Of a stretch of DNA of 64,000 nucleotides, positions 10,134-18,719 are shown one piece after another. The translations under genes were made by a program, and so were the position numbers. This stretch comes from an uncultured candidate division Zixibacteria bacterium (GTDB taxonomy: Bacteria; Zixibacteria; MSB-5A5; RBG-16-43-9): NCBI GenBank assembly GCA_963713865.1, contig OY970208.1, forward strand, positions 1,024,001 through 1,088,000, in the 5' to 3' direction. Under the pieces are notes generated by a model. That model was not told the DNA's origin. It worked only from the letters and a program-made list of their open reading frames with translations, and ran no database searches. Position 1 is the first letter of the stretch, and every line of letters starts with the position of its first letter.

Positions 10134-10702
10134 AAAGAAAGTATCTGATATTTACAGGTTTGATATTTATAGTATTACTGATTTTCGGACTGGTAATTTT
10201 TAACCCTGGGAAGAAACAGAGAATCGGGAGCGAGATAGAAAAGGTTGATAGAGTCCAGGAAGGAATTTATGAGGGGGAGACCTCTCCTGATTTTACACTC
10301 AAAGACCTGCAGGGGAGAGAGGTAAGTTTAAAAAGGTTCAGAGGGAAGATAGTCCTTTTGAATTTCTGGGCTACCTGGTGTCCGTCCTGCAGAAAGGAGA
10401 TACCATCGATGATTAAGCTTTATGAAAGGTATAAGGATAAAGGCCTGGAGATTATCGGGGTCAATTTAGACAGGATGGACAAGTCAGGGATCGAGAAATT
10501 CAGTTCAGAACATAATATTACCTTTCCAACCCTTTTAGACCCTGCGGGAAAGACAGCGGTTCTATACGGGATAACAGCTCTGCCAGCTACATTTATCTTA
10601 GACCGAAATGGAAAAATTCAAGAAAGGATTGCAGGTGGAAAGGATTGGTCCTCCGAAGAAAATCTTAAGAAATTTGAAACCTTTTTAAGCGAAACAAAGT
10701 AA
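10124..10702 (+). CDS. TlpA/ResA-family thiol-disulfide oxidoreductase
   Basis: N-terminal anchor, PDFTLKDL, LNFWATWCPSC, LPATFILD. Confidence 0.92.
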   Translation: MLLKRKYLIFTGLIFIVLLIFGLVIFNPGKKQRIGSEIEKVDRVQEGIYEGETSPDFTLKDLQGREVSLKRFRGKIVLLNFWATWCPSCRKEIPSMIKLYERYKDKGLEIIGVNLDRMDKSGIEKFSSEHNITFPTLLDPAGKTAVLYGITALPATFILDRNGKIQERIAGGKDWSSEENLKKFETFLSETK

Positions 10703-11059
10703 AAATATATAGATATGATTTAAGAAGTTGACCCAAGTTAAGCTCCTGCTCTAATATATCAGTTCTGTTGGTCTGAAGACCAACAGACAGCAGGCGATTG
10801 CTTCTCGTTGGCGTTCTTACCAAAGAAGCAAAAGAGGAGAGAGAGATTATTAGAAAAAAAATCCAATTTTTGTATTAAAAAATATTTTAAAAAGATCAAA
10901 CAAATAAAAAGGATATTTCGTTGAATTTGTGAAAAAGGAAACGGGTAAATTTTAAAGCTGAAGTCTTCACTTATTTCATTCTATACTGAGTTCCTGCCCC
11001 CCTCTCAGGTAGAGTAGGTAGTGAAGCTCCTTCAGCTTTTTTGTCTGATTAAAATCATA

Positions 11060-11087
11060 AACCCACATTGAGGGCAATGTGGGTTTA
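11060..11087. terminator. Hairpin / possible bidirectional terminator
   Basis: AACCCACATTG-AGGG-CAATGTGGGTT. Confidence 0.4.
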
Positions 11088-11172
11088 CCAATTTGGCAGG
11101 GGCGTATTGCAATACACCCCTGCAAGTTTTTATATTAAAGGAAGTTGATTTTTTAAAAAAAGAGTATATTAT

Positions 11173-12180
11173 ATGACTATGACCAAAAAAAAAGCCATAG
11201 CCCTTCTATCCGGAGGGTTGGACAGCACCTTAGCTTTGAGAATTATCCTGGATTTGGAATTTGAGGTGATCGGTCTAAATTTGAAGACGCCATTCTGCAC
11301 CTGCGATGGTAAGAAAGGGGTGTGTTATTCCAGTAAATATGCGGAGGAGTTCGGGATAAAGCTTATTCGAATATTCGGAGGTGAAGATTACCTGGGGATA
11401 GTGAAAAATCCTGAACACGGATATGGTAGAAATCTTAATCCCTGTATAGATTGCAGGATCTTTCTTCTCCGGAAAGCAAAAGAGATAATGGAAAAAGAAG
11501 GAGCGGATTTTATCTTCACCGGTGAAGTATTAGGGGAAAGACCAATGTCTCAAAGATTAGATGCCATGAAATTAATTGAGAAAGAATCCGGGTTAAGGGG
11601 AAAAATTTTAAGGCCACTGTCAGCTAAACTTTTAGAGCCGACCATTGCAGAGAAAGAAGGGATAATAGACCGGACAAAACTTTTAAATATTCAGGGCAGG
11701 TCAAGGAAAATCCAGATTCAATTAGCCAAAGACTACCAGATAAGTGATTATCCCTGCCCGGCTGGAGGCTGTCTTTTAACTGAGGAGAATTTTGCCAGAA
11801 GACTGAGAGACTCTTTCCTGCATAATGAGGATTCCTTAAGGCATATTGCTCTTTTGAAGATGGGCAGACATTTCAGATTGCCATCAGGTGCAAAACTTAT
11901 AGTGGGGAGAAATAAGGAAGAAAATAATCTCATTCTATCTTTAGCCCGGATTGATGATATTAAATTTACAGTAAAGGGATTTAAAAGTGCTTATGGGATC
12001 TTAGTGGGGAAAACTGAAATTGATGATCAGGTGCTCTCAGCCAGAGTATGTGCCCGGTATTGTCAGGAGCGTAGTTTAAATAAGTTTGTAGTTAAAAGCT
12101 GGACAAGCTCGGAAGATGATTATAATGAGATAGAAGTAACTACTTTAACGGATACCCAGATTGAACCCTACAGGGTCTAA
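11173..12180 (+). CDS. ThiI/MnmA-like PP-loop ATPase, putative tRNA sulfurtransferase
   Basis: SGGLDS PP-loop, NPCIDC, TGEVLGERPMSQ, CPAGGCLLT, GRHFR..GRN..EN. Confidence 0.8.
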   Translation: MTMTKKKAIALLSGGLDSTLALRIILDLEFEVIGLNLKTPFCTCDGKKGVCYSSKYAEEFGIKLIRIFGGEDYLGIVKNPEHGYGRNLNPCIDCRIFLLRKAKEIMEKEGADFIFTGEVLGERPMSQRLDAMKLIEKESGLRGKILRPLSAKLLEPTIAEKEGIIDRTKLLNIQGRSRKIQIQLAKDYQISDYPCPAGGCLLTEENFARRLRDSFLHNEDSLRHIALLKMGRHFRLPSGAKLIVGRNKEENNLILSLARIDDIKFTVKGFKSAYGILVGKTEIDDQVLSARVCARYCQERSLNKFVVKSWTSSEDDYNEIEVTTLTDTQIEPYRV

Positions 12181-12372
12181 ATAGATGTAGAATTTTGCAG
12201 AGTATATGAAATTGGTTTCAATAGTTATTTTTAAAGTTTTACATCTAAGTTGTTATCATAAAAGGGAATGCGTGATTAGCCCGCCAATTTAAGTGGATTA
12301 CCTTCAAGAAAAACTCAGGCTCATAACTTATTGAAAACAGCCAAGTTACCATTTATCATTTCTTTTTTAAAA

Positions 12373-12388
12373 TGGTATATTTTTTGCT
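12373..12388 (+). promoter_or_regulatory. sigma54 (-24/-12)-like promoter upstream of the cohesin/dockerin cluster
   Basis: TGGTATATTTTTTGCT (GG-N10-GC), with an IHF-like palindrome at 12324-12348. Confidence 0.4.
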
Positions 12389-12475
12389 AATACCTTAACG
12401 AGAGGTTGAAAATGGATGAGGACAAGAAAGTAATTAATATAAGGTAATTTATTGTAAAAATTTTGATTTTTTCTC

Positions 12476-12505
12476 TTGACAAAAAAAAAGAGAGATGTAT
12501 ATTAT
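12476..12505 (+). promoter_or_regulatory. sigma70-like promoter
   Basis: TTGACA-N16-TATATT (or N18-TATTAT). Confidence 0.55.
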
Positions 12506-12769
12506 AACTGAAAGTTGTTAAGTGTAAGTCCTCAGTAATATCACGTAAAAGACCTTCAGGAAGATAGTCCTTGTGAGGGGGAACTGAGGGTGGAGGAAGG
12601 GAGAAAGGATATCTGAGCACCACTTTAAAAAGCAGTGGTTTTTAGTTGTATAAAAAAGTAAACTTTGCTCTTTGAGTGTAAATTTTAGAGAAAGGAGGCA
12701 AAGGTTAAGCCCTTGTGATCGGAGGTAATGGGGTATTAAGGAGGAAAACCATTTGCAAAGAGGGAAGGG

Positions 12770-13600
12770 ATGAACCTAAAAAGAATCGGGATTTACCTGT
12801 TTTTCGGTTTAGTTGGTTTCTTTAGTTTTTCTATGGTTCGAGCGGATACAACGACAATTTTTATTAGCGATGCCATAGATTATCAAGGGCACATTCAAAC
12901 TCAGATCCCGGTCTATATCGACAATATAGATCAACATATCGAAGGTTTCCAGTTAGGGTTTACTATAATCCCTAACGACCGGGTTTATTTCACCACCGAT
13001 CACTTTGAAGTTCACTTTGATACCGTCTGTTGTGATACGATCACACCTTGTCCTCAACTCTGTGTAGATACTAATATCGCTCGCGTTGTGAAGATAGATA
13101 GAACTGGTTCTTTGACAAGTAATTTTCCTTGGTTTTCCGCTAGCGGAGAGGCTGGAGATACCACCAGTGATTATTGTATAAATTTAAGTGTTGTAGGAGT
13201 GGCTCCATCAACTCAGCCGATCGGTCCGGGTTTCGGAATTCTGTTTAAAATATACTTAGATGTTCTCTGTCTTTCAGATACCTTACTACCGGATACGCTG
13301 GTTTATATAAATGTATATGGAACTCTTGCTCAGGATGATACCCTGATCAAGGAAAAAAGGTTTTTACAGGGAAGGTATATAATATTAGCGGTTAAATATG
13401 GTGATGCGAATGGAGATAATAAGGTCTCAGTTGCGGATGTGGTTTATTTGATAAACTATCTTTTCAAAGGAGGTTCTCCACCTAATCCACTGATTAAGGG
13501 AGATGCGAATGGCGATGGAAAAGTTAGTACAGCAGATGTAGTTTACCTGATTAATTATCTTTTTAAAGGAGGTCAACCTCCCCATTGTCAGGAAGGATGA
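12770..13600 (+). CDS. Secreted cohesin-like + C-terminal dockerin protein (adaptor-like)
   Basis: Signal peptide; IPVYIDN..IEGFQLGF..PIGPGFGILFKI cohesin-like fold; two [23 protein letters not shown] repeats. Confidence 0.8.
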   Translation: MNLKRIGIYLFFGLVGFFSFSMVRADTTTIFISDAIDYQGHIQTQIPVYIDNIDQHIEGFQLGFTIIPNDRVYFTTDHFEVHFDTVCCDTITPCPQLCVDTNIARVVKIDRTGSLTSNFPWFSASGEAGDTTSDYCINLSVVGVAPSTQPIGPGFGILFKIYLDVLCLSDTLLPDTLVYINVYGTLAQDDTLIKEKRFLQGRYIILAVKYGDANGDNKVSVADVVYLINYLFKGGSPPNPLIKGDANGDGKVSTADVVYLINYLFKGGQPPHCQEG

Positions 13601-13930
13601 AAGCTTTGGGAGAACAGGCATTTCCTACGGATCCGTTCCTAGGACCTGCCTGTTCCCTGCTCTATCAGAGAGCAAAGCCTGGCGTAGCCACAAGAATGTC
13701 TGACTTATCGGTTTTAGTGAGCATTATGAACGAAGAGGGTAAAACTGTAAACTTTTTTCTGAAAGGAGGTGAGGAAAAGAAGGGGTAAAAACCAACCACG
13801 ATTAACACCCTTAACCACTTTCGAAGGAGGTGAGTGTCTTAAGAGGTAACTAAGCTTTGACCTTTGAAAGAGAGGGGGAAGTATCAAAGATTTTTGAGAT
13901 AAGTTAACATTTATTTAGAGGAGCAAGAAA

Positions 13931-16231
13931 ATGAGAAAGAATTTATTATTAATTGTTTTGGCATTCTCTCTGGTGTTATTCTTCTCCAATTTAGGAGTTG
14001 CCCAAAACAACACACTCACTCTTCAACCAGTAACTCTTAATATTCATCCCTGCATTGGTGGAGGAACGGTAGAAGTTGACATAATGATCGCGACTTTTGA
14101 TCCCCAAATTGTGGCGGTTCAGGTTCCCCTGTTCGTGGGCGGGACTTCTGTTCCGGTGTTGAATACTATTCTGACTGGCCAATCCACAAGTCCGACTCCT
14201 CCAGGTCCTCCAGCATTCTTTGCGCCCAGCTTGTGTTACACTTTCACCACAAGGGTCGTGAATGAATTAATGGCTGGGGGGAATCCACTGTTGTTTGCGG
14301 CAGTCGATTTCGGCAATGGTATTGCGATCCCAGATACTGGACTCTATTGCCAGATGTTCTACGATGTATCTGGTCCGGGAACTATAACTTTTGATACCGG
14401 GTACTTCAATCCTGCTGGTTCATTGGGCATGAACGACCCCAGTGGTCCTCGTACTAACGTTGTCTGGGGTGGAGGCGCTGGCTGGGATCCAGTCCTTAAG
14501 GTATATTCCTTTGACGTGGTCCGGACTACTGAACAAGCACCAGTGGTTAATTGCCATGGTCCCTATGAGTTCTTCGTGAAGGACATTGTACCGATCAGCA
14601 TCACTGCTACTGATGGTGGCGGAACCCCAATGGCAGGAATCTTCCTGAAAGACCCGCTTCCCTGCGGAACTGGTTCTTTCTCCGGAACAATCGGCAACTG
14701 GACCTACAACTGGAACACCGATGGCTGTGATGAGGGTGAATTTGACTTAGAATTTGGTGTGTATGACGGCTGCGATACTGTCTATTGCACTGCCCATGTG
14801 AAGCTGATTGCTACTGTAGGGTTCATCTGGATCGGCAACACCTTAACAGATATCAATGGCGGTCCAGTAGATCCCTGCGACATCGTTAAGGTACCGGTTT
14901 GGTTGAAGGCTAACACCTCCTTTGGTGCCTTTAACCTCTACATTGAATTTGACCCGACTCTGCTTTATTTCCGGGGCATCGAGAAAGGTCCTGGCTTACC
15001 AGATGGATGGGAGTATTTCACCTACAGACAGCTTCCTTGCCCGATGTGCGGCTGCTGCAAATACAAACTGCAGATCCTTGGTTTGTATGACCTAAAGGAC
15101 AAGCACCAGGGTGTGCCGATTCCAATCGGCAACGACGTTGTGATCGCCTATATGACGTTCCAGGTGGCTTGTGATGAGAATATCAGAGGGTATGATCTGA
15201 ACATCTGCTTCGAATTTGACGACGGAATCTGCACAGAGAACACCTTCTCTGATGTTAGCGGTAATATGCTGTATGTCAGCGACAATCCAGAGTTCTTCAA
15301 CTATGATGACTGCGATACCGAGTTCGATGGAGTCAACGTCGTGATGAACAAGATGCATTTTAACCTGTACGCACCTCCTGGAACCCTGAATCCTGATGGC
15401 CGTGCATGCGGTGGAGTATTGGTGAGAACCACAGGCGAGAAGGTAAGAGGTGATATCAACCTCAACCTGATAGCTTATGACCCAGCCGACGTGATTCTGT
15501 TCTCCAGCTACTTCATCTATGGCGAGAAGGTGTTTATCATCGATCAACCGATTCAGATTGCCAATACTGATATTAACGCTGACGGATTCCCACTCTCCTT
15601 GTCAGACTTCATTATGATGATAAGGATTGTGCTGGGCGATGCTACCAAAATACCGAAGCCGACTCCAGGGTCTGACTTAGCCACCATCTATATGATTGGT
15701 GACAAAGTCTCCACCAATGCTACTCTGGGTGCAGCTCTGTTGACCTTCAAGGGTGAGGGCAAAGTTAGCTCTAACTTGACGTTCGAGCAGGGTGTAGTAG
15801 ATGGTAACATGAGAGTTCTGGTTTATATGAACTCCGGCGCTGGCGTAACGGGTGAACTGCTCACCGTTTCCGGAGCAACATTGCAGAAGGTTGAGGCAGT
15901 TGACAACTTTGGCAGACCGGTGAAAACCACTTTGGTCAACAAGGTTATCCCGACTGCTTTCGCGCTGTATCCCAACTATCCCAACCCATTCAACCCGACT
16001 ACCAACATCAGCTTTGCTCTGCCCGTAGACTCCAAGGTTTCCTTGAAGCTCTACAACGTGGCTGGACAGCTGGTCCGGACCCTGGTCAACGAGACCATGC
16101 CGGCTGGTAATCATACGGTTACCTGGGACGGGAGCAACTCCAATGGTGAGAAAGTTGCTTCTGGTATCTACTTCTACAAACTGAATGCTGGTGACTTCAG
16201 CAAGACCATGAAAATGGTTATGACGAAGTAA
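13931..16231 (+). CDS. Secreted cohesin-Ig-cohesin-dockerin-like protein with FlgD-Ig/T9SS-type C-terminal domain
   Basis: VKVPVWL..FGAFNLYIEFDP (cohesin); GDINLN..DINADG (dockerin-like); NYPNPFNPTTNISF..SGIYFYKL..KMVMTK. Confidence 0.8.
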   Translation: MRKNLLLIVLAFSLVLFFSNLGVAQNNTLTLQPVTLNIHPCIGGGTVEVDIMIATFDPQIVAVQVPLFVGGTSVPVLNTILTGQSTSPTPPGPPAFFAPSLCYTFTTRVVNELMAGGNPLLFAAVDFGNGIAIPDTGLYCQMFYDVSGPGTITFDTGYFNPAGSLGMNDPSGPRTNVVWGGGAGWDPVLKVYSFDVVRTTEQAPVVNCHGPYEFFVKDIVPISITATDGGGTPMAGIFLKDPLPCGTGSFSGTIGNWTYNWNTDGCDEGEFDLEFGVYDGCDTVYCTAHVKLIATVGFIWIGNTLTDINGGPVDPCDIVKVPVWLKANTSFGAFNLYIEFDPTLLYFRGIEKGPGLPDGWEYFTYRQLPCPMCGCCKYKLQILGLYDLKDKHQGVPIPIGNDVVIAYMTFQVACDENIRGYDLNICFEFDDGICTENTFSDVSGNMLYVSDNPEFFNYDDCDTEFDGVNVVMNKMHFNLYAPPGTLNPDGRACGGVLVRTTGEKVRGDINLNLIAYDPADVILFSSYFIYGEKVFIIDQPIQIANTDINADGFPLSLSDFIMMIRIVLGDATKIPKPTPGSDLATIYMIGDKVSTNATLGAALLTFKGEGKVSSNLTFEQGVVDGNMRVLVYMNSGAGVTGELLTVSGATLQKVEAVDNFGRPVKTTLVNKVIPTAFALYPNYPNPFNPTTNISFALPVDSKVSLKLYNVAGQLVRTLVNETMPAGNHTVTWDGSNSNGEKVASGIYFYKLNAGDFSKTMKMVMTK

Positions 16232-16248
16232 TCTTCATTCCGTTATTA

Positions 16249-16279
16249 CCGAAGGAGGGGAAAGTCTCCCCTCCTTCGG
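16249..16279 (+). terminator. Strong 3' stem-loop without U-tract
   Basis: CCGAAGGAGGGG / CCCCTCCTTCGG perfect 12-bp stem right after the 13931 gene. Confidence 0.55.
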
Positions 16280-16440
16280 GCTAAAAATGAAAGGAAAAAG
16301 AGATAAGATAGAATTTTTAAGAGATTTTAATTTTCTTCTCCTCTGGGTGAGGACCTTGTAGTTAGCTGGCTGAAGAGCGGTTGTTGACTTGACGATAGTA
16401 AGAGTAGTAAGTTTAAACAAAAAGTTTTCGAGGTAGAAGA

Positions 16441-18603
16441 ATGATGAGAAACAAACTCTTTTCCTTTTTTTTTGTTTTTATAGCTGCATTTTTTTCCTCA
16501 AGTCTTTCTTTTGCTCAAATCCCTGATACAGTTGGGGTAGTCGATACCTTAAGAGTCGGAAAGGTAACAGCTTATCCTGGCTCAAAAGTTTGTGTGCCGG
16601 TTTATGCTTTTAATGATGAAGACTTAGGAGCGATTACTGTGCCTCTTAGGTTTTCCAGCTCAGATGTTTTTTGCGATTCGGTTTCCTTTGTGGGGGCAAG
16701 GATTTCCGGTGATCCATTAAAAGGGGGGGAAATAGATACTTTGAATAGAACTATCAAGATTTACGACATATCTACCACTCAGATAAATTCCGGAAGTGGG
16801 TTGATAGCAAATATGTGGTTTAAAATAAAGGATGACGCTCTTCCACAAACCGTGGAAATAGATACTTTTTCAACGACTGAGCCTCCTCTTTCATTAGCTT
16901 TTGTCTATACCTGGGCAGAGGAGATGATCCCTGCATTCGTAAAAGGGGGGATCACTATAAAAGAGAAAAATCTGCCCCCTCAGATACAGCCGATTGGAAC
17001 CCAGTATGTAACTGAGGGGGATACTTTATTAATAAAAATATCTGCAAACGATCCAGAAGGGGATTCAGTAAAGTTCAGTTTGCTAAATGGTCCCGAGGGT
17101 GCTTCCTTTACAAATTCAAGTAATAGCAAGGCTACTTTCCTCTGGGTTCCTCCTTATACTGGACCCTGGTCTTCAGTGAATACCCCTTTCAAGGTTACCT
17201 TTGTAGCTTTAGATGGAAATAGCACTTCAAAAGAAAATGTGGAGATTAACGTTATAGATAAAAACCTTGGAGCAAAAGGTTATGTCATGGAAATCGGGTC
17301 AGATTCAGGTTTCTTCTCTGATCTTGTTACTATTCCTATTAAACTTACCAACCTTGATTCAATTGCATCTATTAACTTATTACTTAATTTTGATCCAAGT
17401 GCACTTTCATTATTGAATGTAAGCAAGGCAAATACAAGGACTTATAATTGGGAATATTTTCAATATAATCAGCCTGCATCCGGTGATATTAGGATCTCAG
17501 GACTTGCTGACATCCCATTATTACCACTTAATCCTCCCTTACCTCCCGGAGAGGGAGTAATAGCTAATTTGAATTTCCAGATCATACTTGATACTAGTCC
17601 ACTGAGTTTATCTACATCCATAAGATTTAAATTCTTAGACTCAACTGATAATACTTTGAATGGTGCTCTGGGGCAGAACTTTATATCGCAGAAAAAAATC
17701 ACTTACCAGGATGGATTTATCTATATAGAGAAATTAGATGTTCTATTAGGAGATATAAATCTCAACAGTATACCATATGAGATTGGAGATGCAACCCTTT
17801 TTAGCAACTATTTAACTAATCCAGTAAAGTATGTTTTCAATGAGCAACAAGAGCGCAATTCCGATGTGAATGAGGATGGCATTTGTTGTTCCCTGGCTGA
17901 TTTTATCTATTTACTTAGTAAAATATTAGAAGGCCCCGTTTTAGAAAAATTATTACCACGGACTGACATAAATCAGGTTAAATTAAAGAAGAGTTCTTCA
18001 AATCTTGATTTGTTTGTTGATTCAGATATCCCTATAGGTGGAGCTTTCCTGGTGATTAAACATCCGGGGATAACTTTTGGAACTCCGATATTATCCTCAG
18101 AAACAAAAGGAATGATTTCTATGATGAGAGATTATCCTGTAGAGTTAAGGCTCCTTATCTATAGCTCCAGAGCTGGATATATAGAACCAGGACAAAAGAA
18201 ATTAATCTCTATCCCTATTATAGATGGAGAAGGGGATATAGAATTATCCAAAGCTTCATTCTCGGATAACTTAGGGAATTTGATCAATGCAGGTATTTTA
18301 TTACAATATAATGAATTAGTTCCAGAAAAATTTACATTGTTTCAGAACTACCCCAACCCATTTAATCCAGAAACTAATATCTCCTTTACCTTACCTGAAG
18401 AGAGAGAAGTAATATTGAAAATATACAACCTCAGGGGACAATTAATTAAAGTGCTTGTTAACCAGAAATTAAGCCCGGGCTACCACACTTTTACCTGGGA
18501 TGGAAAGAATGAATCCGGAGAGGATGTTTCAAGTGGAATCTATTTCAATAGATTAATTGCAGGAGATTACTCTAAAACCATGAAAATGATAAAGGTTAAA
18601 TGA
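16441..18603 (+). CDS. Secreted cohesin-Ig-cohesin-dockerin-like protein with C-terminal sorting domain
   Basis: DTLRVG..VPVYAFNDE; NLPPQI Ig repeat; IPIKLTN..FDPSAL; GDINLN..DVNEDG; NYPNPFNP CTD. Confidence 0.8.
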   Translation: MMRNKLFSFFFVFIAAFFSSSLSFAQIPDTVGVVDTLRVGKVTAYPGSKVCVPVYAFNDEDLGAITVPLRFSSSDVFCDSVSFVGARISGDPLKGGEIDTLNRTIKIYDISTTQINSGSGLIANMWFKIKDDALPQTVEIDTFSTTEPPLSLAFVYTWAEEMIPAFVKGGITIKEKNLPPQIQPIGTQYVTEGDTLLIKISANDPEGDSVKFSLLNGPEGASFTNSSNSKATFLWVPPYTGPWSSVNTPFKVTFVALDGNSTSKENVEINVIDKNLGAKGYVMEIGSDSGFFSDLVTIPIKLTNLDSIASINLLLNFDPSALSLLNVSKANTRTYNWEYFQYNQPASGDIRISGLADIPLLPLNPPLPPGEGVIANLNFQIILDTSPLSLSTSIRFKFLDSTDNTLNGALGQNFISQKKITYQDGFIYIEKLDVLLGDINLNSIPYEIGDATLFSNYLTNPVKYVFNEQQERNSDVNEDGICCSLADFIYLLSKILEGPVLEKLLPRTDINQVKLKKSSSNLDLFVDSDIPIGGAFLVIKHPGITFGTPILSSETKGMISMMRDYPVELRLLIYSSRAGYIEPGQKKLISIPIIDGEGDIELSKASFSDNLGNLINAGILLQYNELVPEKFTLFQNYPNPFNPETNISFTLPEEREVILKIYNLRGQLIKVLVNQKLSPGYHTFTWDGKNESGEDVSSGIYFNRLIAGDYSKTMKMIKVK

Positions 18604-18719
18604 TTTCCACTTATTGAGTAATATGATTCAAAGAACTAACTTAGAATGATATAATATATCAGAATAGAAGATCATAGAGAAGATTAAAAGATAGAAAAAA
18701 TTATGAAAAGGAATTTAAG

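Noticed and set aside
12530-12589. Leader hairpin as a c-di-GMP or other riboswitch
   Set aside because: A stem (CCTCAGT/ACTGAGG) is present but I see no conserved aptamer motif; an Rfam scan would be needed
13585-13788. 67-aa ORF between dockerin genes
   Set aside because: TTG start overlapping the upstream gene, no SD, and it runs through a hairpin and a micro-element
15092-16114. Long antisense ORFs (151 and 145 aa), and similar ones opposite ptrB, htrA and korA
   Set aside because: They lie entirely opposite well-supported genes and are expected from codon bias
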